Assembly (NCBI GenBank): GCA_039809905.1
Contig: JBDHVY010000001.1
Coordinates: 90,001 to 122,000, forward strand
Direction of reading: 5' to 3'
DNA from: Candidatus Babelota bacterium
GTDB taxonomy: Bacteria; Babelota; Babeliae; Babelales; Vermiphilaceae
Length of the DNA: 32,000 nucleotides
Shown: positions 24,027 through 31,960 of the stretch, in pieces
Numbering within the stretch: position 1 is the stretch's first letter
Layout of the letters: every line of letters starts with the position of its first letter
The notes under the pieces: model-generated
The model's input: only the letters and a program-made list of their open reading frames with translations
What the model was told of the DNA's origin: nothing
Database searches by the model: none
Made by a program: the position numbers and the translations under genes

Positions 24027-25031
24027 ATGATGAAACCACTCATACTTGACCTAGGCGAGACGCCAGAAGAACGCGCGCATGATTTTTTTCCAAAAACATT
24101 TGATGATTACATAGGACAAAAAGATCTTAAAGAAAAACTTTCTATTTATACTCAAGCAGCTAAAATGCGCAATGAACCTCTCGACCATTTATTATTATTT
24201 GGCCCTCCTGGTCTTGGCAAAACAACATTATCAACAATTATGGCCCAGGTAATGGATGTAAATATTAAATTATGCAGCGGTCCCATGATAGAACGTACTG
24301 GTGATCTTGTCAGTATTCTATCAAGTTTGCAACCACGGGATATTTTTTTTATTGATGAGATTCATCGCCTACCTGCAACAGTTGAAGAAGTTTTATACAG
24401 TGCAATGGAACAATATCGTGTTGATGTGATTATTGGTCAAGGAGCCGGTGCAAAATCAGTCAGTCTTCCCATACACCCATTTACACTTGTTGGAGCAACA
24501 ACAAAAAGCGGAATTATTTCTGCACCTTTGAGAAGTCGTTTTGGTATTAACGAACGTCTTGATTTTTATAGTGATGAAGAATTACGAGATATAGTACTGC
24601 AAAGTGCACGCTTCCTTAATCTTTCTATCACATCAGATGCCGCACTTATGATTGGAGCTTGTTCACGCGGAACTCCACGTATCGCAAAAAAATTAATTCG
24701 CCGTATCCGTGATTTATCGCAAGTACGTAATATACCAGCAGATAAAAAATTTGTAGAAGATTCACTCCATTTTTTAGGCATTGATCATGATGGTCTTACT
24801 GCAGTTGATATATCAATTTTACAAAAAATAGTCTGTAATTTTAATGGCGGACCTGTTGGTCTTGATACTCTTGCAGCACTTGTTGGTGAAGATACTGATA
24901 CGATTGAGCTTGCATACGAACCGTATTTATTGCGCAAAGGATATCTTGAAAAAACTTCGCGTGGCAGGCAAATTCCTGCAAAAATATTACCACAATTAAT
25001 TAAAAGATTTTTGGGGCAGCAGACATTATAA
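24027..25031 (+). CDS. ruvB: Holliday junction branch migration helicase RuvB
   Basis: 334 aa. FDDYIGQ, GPPGLGKTTL, IFFIDEIHRL, LVGATT, SRFGI and GTPRIA are canonical RuvB AAA+ motifs. Confidence 0.96.
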   Translation: MMKPLILDLGETPEERAHDFFPKTFDDYIGQKDLKEKLSIYTQAAKMRNEPLDHLLLFGPPGLGKTTLSTIMAQVMDVNIKLCSGPMIERTGDLVSILSSLQPRDIFFIDEIHRLPATVEEVLYSAMEQYRVDVIIGQGAGAKSVSLPIHPFTLVGATTKSGIISAPLRSRFGINERLDFYSDEELRDIVLQSARFLNLSITSDAALMIGACSRGTPRIAKKLIRRIRDLSQVRNIPADKKFVEDSLHFLGIDHDGLTAVDISILQKIVCNFNGGPVGLDTLAALVGEDTDTIELAYEPYLLRKGYLEKTSRGRQIPAKILPQLIKRFLGQQTL

Positions 25032-25984
25032 TGCAATTTTTAGACATATTCATGAATTATATATTTATTTTTACCATGTTATTAACTATGTTTATATATT
25101 CACATTGCAGCAAACCTGTGAGCTCAGAAAAACTATTACATGCTCTTATTGATCAGCATAATCAACCAACACCGAGCTTGTTAGAATTGCTTAAAGAAAC
25201 AGATTCTCCCCACGCCGGCACTTTTGAATCTATTACACAAGCCACTCAATTATGGCTACGACCAGCAGCAAAAGAGCGTTGGCAGGTTAGTAATGATTCA
25301 ACAGAAAACAAAAAAACTCGATTATTAAAACTCTTTGAAAATCTTTGTCTTGTACAAAAAGTGGAACCTTTAAAAAAATCTTATACTTATGCCATACTTT
25401 TTGGAAGTACATTAGATGATGTTCGTGATAGACTTTCTCATTTAATAACGCTGTGGGATGAAGGAATTCATTTTAATTCACTTATCATCCTTGCCAGTGA
25501 ACGACCATTAGATACAACTCTGGAAAATCAGGAAAACTTATTAAACAACAACTATCAAGGTTTATCATCTAAAAAAACATGGCATTTTAATGGACATTTT
25601 CCAACCACTGAATCTGAAATGATTAAGTTTGTATTTGAACAAGCAGAAACTCCTGCCGCATGGAATAATATACCGCATGTTTTTATTAATACACCACTAC
25701 AAAAAACAAACCTCAATGAGCTCAGACGTCCTAATACAGAAGATACTATTATTCATTGGCTAAAAGAATATAATCCACAGCCAGGCTCTATATTGGCTAT
25801 ATCAAATCAGCCATTTATTGGTTATCAAAATGCTGTTTTACAAAAAAATATCCCGCAAACATTTTCAATAGAAACAGTAGGAAGCGCTTACCACAGCAAT
25901 GAATCTATAACATCATTTTTTGATACCTTAGCACGCTGGATCTATAACCAAAATAACATAATCCAAAATCAACAAGCTAAATAG
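25031..25984 (+). CDS. Membrane-anchored hypothetical protein, possibly DUF218/YdcF-SanA-like
   Basis: Its ATG overlaps the ruvB stop (TAATG). N-terminal TM IFIFTMLLTMFIY. YAILFGSTLDDVRDRL...IILASERP, RPNTEDTI and ILAISNQPFIGYQ loosely recall DUF218 blocks (GG..., S.NT.EN, LVTS..HM.R). The family call is tentative. Confidence 0.6.
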   Translation: MQFLDIFMNYIFIFTMLLTMFIYSHCSKPVSSEKLLHALIDQHNQPTPSLLELLKETDSPHAGTFESITQATQLWLRPAAKERWQVSNDSTENKKTRLLKLFENLCLVQKVEPLKKSYTYAILFGSTLDDVRDRLSHLITLWDEGIHFNSLIILASERPLDTTLENQENLLNNNYQGLSSKKTWHFNGHFPTTESEMIKFVFEQAETPAAWNNIPHVFINTPLQKTNLNELRRPNTEDTIIHWLKEYNPQPGSILAISNQPFIGYQNAVLQKNIPQTFSIETVGSAYHSNESITSFFDTLARWIYNQNNIIQNQQAK

Positions 25985-26000
25985 TGATAACCATTAAAAC

Positions 26001-26048
26001 AAAAAAAGATAGGTTATCAGAAACTAGTCTGCTAACCTATCTTTTTTT
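26001..26048. terminator. Bidirectional terminator between convergent genes
   Basis: AAAAAAAGATAGGTTA-tcagaaactagtctgc-TAACCTATCTTTTTTT. Confidence 0.7.
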
Positions 26049-26065
26049 GTTACTTATCAAAAATT

Positions 26066-26911
26066 TTATTGCTGTTGCCACACTACAAAAAACGATCCTT
26101 TATCTGGCAATAATGCTGAAGTAAGATCTTTTGGCGCGCCATTATTAGTCACCATTTCAATACCAATATTTTGCCATGAATTATTACCAATTGGAGCGGT
26201 AACACCATTAATTGTAGCCATACAACCCCACATATACGCTGTTACAAAATCACTCAACGGAAGTATGCCATTCATATAAGGCGCTTCTATAATCCATTCA
26301 GCTGATTCACGCAACGCTGTTGAGGATTTGGTATATTTCGTTGGAATAGTATACGATACCTTTTGAGTATCATTCATTAATGTCATAACAAAAGTATTGT
26401 TACCAGCATATACAACAGATGCACTAATCACATCACCAGGATTAAGTGGGAATCCATTGATAACATAACTACCGCCTGGGTACATCTCAAACCATGCATA
26501 ATCTTGTTGAGCACCATTAATAGAATCATGTTCTGTACCTATTTGTTCAACTGTTGGGCTACCATATCCATCTATACCAACCCATAGAGAACTATAAGCA
26601 TCTGTATCTGTTGGTACAATTGTCGGAACAATCCATGAACCCGATACTGCTGAAACAGAATTTTTTGCTGGTTTGCTCAATTTGCTTGCAGCTGCATAAC
26701 CACTCCAATTGGTACTTGTAGTTTGTCCACTTGGAACACGTGCTGATCGAGGGCCTGGTATATGAGGATGAGAACAAGTCACTTCTTTTTTATCAACTTC
26801 AACGATTGTACATTCGATTTCTTGATAACCATGTGAATCATGCTTAGCTAATACACTACTGCATATTATTACCGACAACAATATATTGTAACGTGCAAAA
26901 CCACTATTCAT
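26066..26911 (-). CDS. Exported peptidase family G1 (eqolisin / scytalidoglutamic-type glutamic peptidase)
   Basis: 281 aa; AAGGAG 7 nt upstream; signal-like N-terminus. TNWSGYA, SLWVGIDGYGSPTVEQIGTE, DYAWFEMYP, GDVISASV and AEWIIEAP align block by block with remembered scytalidoglutamic peptidase SNWGGA, WVGIDGDTCQTAILQTG, YDAWYEWYP, GDSIQMSV and AEFIIED. This includes the catalytic Gln and Glu positions. Confidence 0.8.
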   Translation of the reverse strand: MNSGFARYNILLSVIICSSVLAKHDSHGYQEIECTIVEVDKKEVTCSHPHIPGPRSARVPSGQTTSTNWSGYAAASKLSKPAKNSVSAVSGSWIVPTIVPTDTDAYSSLWVGIDGYGSPTVEQIGTEHDSINGAQQDYAWFEMYPGGSYVINGFPLNPGDVISASVVYAGNNTFVMTLMNDTQKVSYTIPTKYTKSSTALRESAEWIIEAPYMNGILPLSDFVTAYMWGCMATINGVTAPIGNNSWQNIGIEMVTNNGAPKDLTSALLPDKGSFFVVWQQQ

Positions 26912-27081
26912 TGGACAACTCCTTATAAAAGAGGATATTAAAATATCTTTTCATAAAGAGCTCTAACATGACAAATAAACAAAGTCAATGTAAAAAGCCT
27001 CTTTACGATAAGGTAAAAAGGCTTTCATTTTTATTCTTTGATTACAGATTACTAATGTTTATTGAGCATCATTCTGTCTCT

Positions 27082-27480
27082 TTAAGATTTTAATCGAAGA
27101 AATTGTTTATAACCAGCCAATTCTCTTTTTAAGATGTTATATGTTGGAACAATTGGATATAAAAGACCAACGGTACCCAATCCCATAAGGGTTCTTCCAG
27201 TTAATTTGCAAATAGCTCCAGTATTCTTACCAACAAAATTGTCCGCATTCTCTTTTGTCGTTATTATAATCATTTCTTTTGATTCTGATGACATTATTCC
27301 AAAATCTAATGCTGTTTTTGAAAGACGGTTCAAATAAAATCCTATACCAATATTGGCGGCAGAAGTAACTTGTTGTAAAACATTTGATTTCTTTGATTGT
27401 TGCTGTTGCTGAGCCTGAGATACTGAGTAAGCACATAACAATGCTGCTATCAATGAAAGTGTTGCTAATCGATTTACCAT
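27082..27480 (-). CDS. Small exported hypothetical protein (132 aa)
   Basis: AAGGAG 7 nt upstream of the ATG. Signal-like N-terminus LATLSLIAALLCAYSVSQA followed by a poly-Q run. Confidence 0.7.
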   Translation of the reverse strand: MVNRLATLSLIAALLCAYSVSQAQQQQQSKKSNVLQQVTSAANIGIGFYLNRLSKTALDFGIMSSESKEMIIITTKENADNFVGKNTGAICKLTGRTLMGLGTVGLLYPIVPTYNILKRELAGYKQFLRLKS

Positions 27481-27621
27481 AGCAAAGCTCCTTAATAATT
27501 AAAATATTAGCATATAGCTGTATTCTCAATAAAATTAACATTAAAAATTCAATTTGTCAATCTCTGGGCCTGCCCTTTATAACACAAAAAATACCATAAA
27601 AAACCCCAAAATAGCTCAATA

Positions 27622-27659
27622 AATATGCCTCCCTGTGCTTTACAGCAAAGAGAGGCATA
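27622..27659 (-). terminator. Candidate terminator hairpin after the ankyrin gene
   Basis: ATATGCCTC (27622-27630) pairs with GAGGCATAT (27651-27659). The trailing T-tract on the minus strand is only modest. Confidence 0.4.
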
Positions 27660-27682
27660 TTGCTCATTATCGATTTTCAACA

Positions 27683-28435
27683 TTACTTTTTTTCGCTACC
27701 GGATAACAATTCTATCAATTCACTTGTTCCTATTTCACGCGCATAATCAAGTGCAGTTTTTTTTGCTAGATCCTTGATGTTTCGATCAATTGCCTTACAG
27801 CCCAAAAGCAGTTTTATTAATTTTTTACATCTTCCTAGAACAGCATAATGCAAAGACGTTCTTCCTTGGTAATCACCATTATTTACCGATGTTTTTGGAT
27901 TTCCTATAAGCAATTCTATAATTTTGAAATAATTATCTTTGTATGAACTATTCATTGCAAAATAGCCCTTGATAGCAGTATGAAGCGACGTATTATATGC
28001 TTCATTAAGAATATTTGGATTAGCACCAGCATCTAACAACGCTTTAGTTGCCGGAACTTTTGCTTGCGCAACAGCAAAACTAAGAGCTGTGCATCCATTT
28101 TTGTTTTCTATATCTTTGTTGGTTCTTGTATCAGCGCATAATACTTTTAAAATATCGGCATTATTTGCTCTTGCAGCCCAATGAATTAATGCATGTTCTT
28201 TTTGAGTTCCTTGTTCATTGGGATTTAATTTTTTACGTAACAGTAATCGTTCAATGGTCTCTGTTCCATGGGGGAGATTGTATAATGATTCAATAGCGCA
28301 TTGATCTTCTTTTTTAACAGCCTCGACAAGTTTTTCACAATAATCACTATCAGACATCGGATTAATCCGTGATAGCTGCGCGCTGAAAACCGAGGTAAAA
28401 GATATAATAGATAGCAGCACTAATAGAAAATTCAT
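27683..28435 (-). CDS. Exported ankyrin-repeat protein
   Basis: I prefer ATG at 28435 (GAAGGA upstream), giving MNFLLVLLSIISFTSVFSA. ANK repeats: HALIHWAARANNADILKVL, NGCTALSFAVAQAKVPATKALLDAGANPN, NTSLHTAI, GRTSLHYAVLGRCKKLIKLLL and KTALDYA. Confidence 0.85.
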   Translation of the reverse strand: MNFLLVLLSIISFTSVFSAQLSRINPMSDSDYCEKLVEAVKKEDQCAIESLYNLPHGTETIERLLLRKKLNPNEQGTQKEHALIHWAARANNADILKVLCADTRTNKDIENKNGCTALSFAVAQAKVPATKALLDAGANPNILNEAYNTSLHTAIKGYFAMNSSYKDNYFKIIELLIGNPKTSVNNGDYQGRTSLHYAVLGRCKKLIKLLLGCKAIDRNIKDLAKKTALDYAREIGTSELIELLSGSEKK

Positions 28436-28607
28436 ATTTGTCCTTCTTTTATGGTAAACATGCTCAACAAAAAATAATTTCGGCATACAATACCATATTT
28501 TTTTGATCATTGCATAAAAAAATATAACCACTGGACTGATCAAGCCATTCCCTATACACTAAAAATACAAGGTTAAATTACATACTAGCATTAAAGGTAG
28601 ATTACCA

Positions 28608-29321
28608 ATGGCAGGTCATAATAAATGGTCTCAAATTAAACATAAAAAAGCTAAAGAAGACGGCAAAAAATCTAAGATTTATACAAAAATCATTAAAGAA
28701 ATCACCATGACCGCTCGCGAAAACGGCGGCAATCCTGATCTTAATCCTCGCTTGCGACTCTTGCTTGAAAAAGGAAGAGAAGCAAACATGCCTATAGAAA
28801 ACGCTATACGCGCAATCAAAAAAGGCACAGGCGAACTTCCCGGAACTCAATACGAATCTTATACGTACGAAGGTTACGCACCGTATGGTATTGCAGTAAT
28901 GGTTGATGCAATAACTGATAACAAAAATCGTACTATTGCAGAGTTTCGTCGATTATTTTCTGAAAATGGTGGTAATTTAGGAGAATCGGGAACCGTTGGT
29001 TGGATGTTTGAAAAACTCGGCGCTGTTACTGCTACCGGAACTATTACCGAAGATGAGCTTCTTGAACATTTAATTGAATATGATATTAAAGATGTTCAGA
29101 TCAACGATGATTCATGTATCATACATTGCGATATTCGTGCTCTTGAATCAGTAAAAAATGCTATTGAAAAAGCAGGATTAAAGATCGAAAATTCAGGGCT
29201 TGAATGGGTTGCAAAAACAACCACTGAATTATCAGAAACTCAAACTGATAAAGTTCTTGAATTTTTATCAAAAATACAAGATCATGACGACGTAGAAAAT
29301 GTCTACACCAACTTGGGCTAA
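28608..29321 (+). CDS. yebC: YebC/PmpR-family transcriptional regulator/translation factor
   Basis: MAGHNKWSQIKHKKAKEDGKKSKIYTKIIKEI...GGNPDLNPRLR...A...NMP is the invariant YebC N-terminus. 237 aa is the typical length. Confidence 0.93.
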   Translation: MAGHNKWSQIKHKKAKEDGKKSKIYTKIIKEITMTARENGGNPDLNPRLRLLLEKGREANMPIENAIRAIKKGTGELPGTQYESYTYEGYAPYGIAVMVDAITDNKNRTIAEFRRLFSENGGNLGESGTVGWMFEKLGAVTATGTITEDELLEHLIEYDIKDVQINDDSCIIHCDIRALESVKNAIEKAGLKIENSGLEWVAKTTTELSETQTDKVLEFLSKIQDHDDVENVYTNLG

Positions 29322-29371
29322 ATAATAGCAAGAATCACTATAATAAACTGAAAAACAGTATCTAAAACTTT

Positions 29372-29413
29372 CTAAATATGGGGTCCCCAATCGACATATA
29401 ATAGAGATTGGGG
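29372..29413 (+). promoter_or_regulatory. GGGG/CCCC hairpin motif copy upstream of yicC
   Basis: CTAAAT-a-TGGGG-T-CCCCAATC-gacatataataga-GATTGGGG. It ends 18 nt before the yicC ATG. Confidence 0.5.
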
Positions 29414-29431
29414 CTAAAGGAAACAATCCTG

Positions 29432-30337
29432 ATGAAAAAATATACCATCACCAGCATGACAGGCTTTGCATCAAAAATATTTGTTTTAACAGCTCCATCA
29501 GGAGAACGTTCCACCGTTTCCATGAATTTAAAATCTCTCAATTCACGTTTTTTTGAAAGCACGGTAAAATTACCTATTGCATTATCACACTTGGAAACTA
29601 CTTTTACCAAACAATTCAAAGAAAGATTACGTCGAGGCCACGTTTATTTTACCGCGTATTTAAGCAACCCAAATATTTTTGAAGGTGCCATTACTCCCGC
29701 AATGACGATTATTGATAGCTACATTCAATCAATGAATCAGATCAAAACAAAATATCATTTTTCTGAAGATATTAAACTGGATAATGTTTTACGCTTGCCT
29801 AATATTTTCTCCAAAGAAGAACAGCAATTGGATGAAGAAACAACAAAGCTTATACAAGATGCTGCCGCTGATTTAATTGAAAAACTACTGCAAGAGAGAA
29901 CAACAGAAGGAAATTCATTAGCAATTGATCTTGATAACCGTATTGCTATTATACAAAAAGAAATGGCTCTTATTACCGAAAGAGCTCATGTATTTGTTGA
30001 AGAATCAAAAAAGAAAGTACATGCAACATTACAAGAAATTGGCGCTGATGAAAATTTGCTCGCTGACGCCCAAAAAAATGGCTTGTATGCTCTACTCAAT
30101 AAAATTGATATTCATGAAGAAATTACTCGTCTGAATAGTCATTTAGAAAATTTCGTAACTATTTTGCAGCAATCTGATATGGAAAAAGGCAAACGCCTTG
30201 ACTTTACCTTACAAGAATTAGGACGTGAAATTAATACGATTACGGCAAAATGCTCTGATTCAACAATTAGCACCCATGCGATTAACGTCAAAGTTGAAAT
30301 TGAGAAAATGCGTGAGCAGATTCAGAATATTGTATAA
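29432..30337 (+). CDS. yicC: YicC/YloC-family stress-induced protein (endoribonuclease family)
   Basis: The track start at 29408 is TTG. ATG at 29432 has AAAGGAAA upstream. SMTGFA, LKSLNSRFFE, DIHEEITRLNSHL and RLDFTLQELGREINTITAKC are YicC N- and C-terminal signatures. Confidence 0.9.
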   Translation: MKKYTITSMTGFASKIFVLTAPSGERSTVSMNLKSLNSRFFESTVKLPIALSHLETTFTKQFKERLRRGHVYFTAYLSNPNIFEGAITPAMTIIDSYIQSMNQIKTKYHFSEDIKLDNVLRLPNIFSKEEQQLDEETTKLIQDAAADLIEKLLQERTTEGNSLAIDLDNRIAIIQKEMALITERAHVFVEESKKKVHATLQEIGADENLLADAQKNGLYALLNKIDIHEEITRLNSHLENFVTILQQSDMEKGKRLDFTLQELGREINTITAKCSDSTISTHAINVKVEIEKMREQIQNIV

Positions 30338-30354
30338 GTTGCTCACGCATTTTT
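30305..30354 (+). terminator. Terminator whose 5' arm is the last codons of yicC
   Basis: AAAATGCGTGAGCA (30305-30318, coding) pairs with TGCTCACGCATTTT (30340-30354) and is followed by a T-run. The loop is 21 nt. Confidence 0.55.
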
Positions 30355-30404
30355 AGATCAAATATTAATTGCTAACCTTGATTGTTCAATCACTAAAAAT
30401 ATTT

Positions 30405-31217
30405 TTAGTAAGAAAACCACCTTTGCCAAAAAGATTTTTTAGCTTCTTCTTGTCTGCGCGTTGCAGACTTTAAGTGCAGCTTTGGATATAATGCAGCATC
30501 ATTTAATTCTTCTTTTATATTTTTCATACTTTCTTGAAAAAAACTGGCGGGCAATTTGCTTTGCTTAATAAAAGCAACTTTATCTAAAAGAGTTTCTATT
30601 TTTTCTCTATAACTTTCAGCATCAAATGTAAGAATATCTCGTGGTTCATAGTCTTTAGGCTCCGAGAACAACCGTATCTCGTCTCCTAATTTCCTCAGCT
30701 CTGACATGATAGAGTTTACCTTATCTGCTAATAATCCAAACAAGCATTTGTTTAAATCGATTTTAATAAGTAATTTATCGGCATAAATATAAACTTTTAC
30801 TAGCTCTTCTAACGATGAATCAGTTATTTTTATATTGTTTTTGCATTTATTTATTATTTCAACAATTTTCTTAAATGTTTCAATATCCGACAGACCAATA
30901 AGGGGATCCGCTGTATCCGCTAAAGCACTTCTTATAGCTTCACTCCAGTCAACATCGTCCTGAGAAAAAATTTGACCGTGCTCGATGTTATTTATTTCAT
31001 AAATATAAACTTGATTTTCCTTTAATTCTGATCGAATTTTATTTTTTTTATAGTTAAGTATCGCACTTGATCTCTTGCTTAAATCCATACGAGACATGGG
31101 TCTTTGCAGTCTAGGAACCGTACTCATTCCATAAATATCGCAGGTAATACACATCATCAAGAATAATACCTTTATAGATATGACAACCTTATTTTTATTG
31201 TAATTATTCATTTTCAT
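30405..31217 (-). CDS. Exported hypothetical protein (270 aa) carried on the segment between the two yicC 3' copies
   Basis: ATG start. Hydrophobic N-terminus VVISIKVLFLMMCITCDIYG. Ends with a basic/aromatic tail KKSFWQRWFSY. No recognisable family. Confidence 0.75.
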   Translation of the reverse strand: MKMNNYNKNKVVISIKVLFLMMCITCDIYGMSTVPRLQRPMSRMDLSKRSSAILNYKKNKIRSELKENQVYIYEINNIEHGQIFSQDDVDWSEAIRSALADTADPLIGLSDIETFKKIVEIINKCKNNIKITDSSLEELVKVYIYADKLLIKIDLNKCLFGLLADKVNSIMSELRKLGDEIRLFSEPKDYEPRDILTFDAESYREKIETLLDKVAFIKQSKLPASFFQESMKNIKEELNDAALYPKLHLKSATRRQEEAKKSFWQRWFSY

Positions 31218-31316
31218 ACAAAATCCCTACTTTTTATCGACATTATTAAATTTTATTAATATCACTAATACTATATCATTGTTTATTTTATATTTGCAAC
31301 AATTAACCTAAGGGCA

Positions 31317-31699
31317 CTATTGATATAATATCAATAAAGAAATGGTTATCATTGCTGAAAGAGCTCATGTATTTGTTGAAGAATCAAAAAAGAAAGTACA
31401 TGCAACATTACAAGAAATTGGCGCGGATGAAAATTTGCTCGCGCATTTACTCCATGCTCAATAAAATTGATATTCATGAAGAAATTACTCGTCTGAATAG
31501 TCATTTAGAAAATTTCGTAACTATTTTGCAGTAATCTGATATGGAAAAAGGCAAACGCCTTGACTTTACCTTGCAAGAATTAGGGCGTGAAATTAATACT
31601 ATTACGGCAAAATGCTCGGATTCAACCATTAGTTCTCATGCAATCAATGTTAAAGTTGAGATCGAGAAAATGCGCGAGCAAATTCAAAACATTGTATAA
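31317..31699 (+). pseudogene. yicC: Displaced, inactivated copy of the yicC 3' third
   Basis: Nucleotide-level match to 29950..30337. It lacks the 5' two thirds of the gene, carries a net 17-nt deletion/rearrangement at 31441-31456 (frameshift), and has CAA to TAA at 31532-31534. It ends with the same ATTGTATAA. Confidence 0.85.
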
Positions 31700-31711
31700 T
31701 TCTATTCGTTT

Positions 31712-31835
31712 CTGTAAATGGGGACCTCTTCCTTCGACCCGTCCTTCGCCAAGGCTTCGAAGGGCAAGCAAGCGTTTACTACTGAGCATGGTCGAAGTAT
31801 CAGGACGAGTGGGAATTTACGGAGTTGGGGTAAAG
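31712..31835 (+). repeat. GC-rich structured island flanked by GGGG-motif ends
   Basis: The flanks CTGTAAATGGGGACC and GTTGGGGTAAAG resemble the ends of the hairpin motif. The core is roughly 55 percent GC by hand count in a visibly AT-rich region. Nested stems: CTTCGACC (31732-39)/GGTCGAAG (31790-97) and CCTTCG (31743-48)/CGAAGG (31758-63). Confidence 0.45.
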
Positions 31836-31960
31836 CACATTCAAAATATTATCTAAAATTCCTTTTTCTTTCAGCATAATCAGACTATTCAACCTCATTG
31901 ACCTATGAACAAAAAAACCTTATTCTTTTTGTATACCCTGTTACATAATTAAAGGATATC

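Noticed and set aside
30338-31334. Calling the inserted segment a mobile element
   Set aside because: I found no integrase, transposase, terminal inverted repeats or short target-site duplication. The only repeat is the long yicC homology, so I report it as a recombination scar rather than a mobile element.
31352-31856. Track ORFs 31352..31534 and 31587..31856 as real genes
   Set aside because: The first is a frame-hopping read of the yicC pseudogene, out of frame before the 17-nt deletion and in frame after it. The second runs out of frame through the pseudogene into the GC-rich island.
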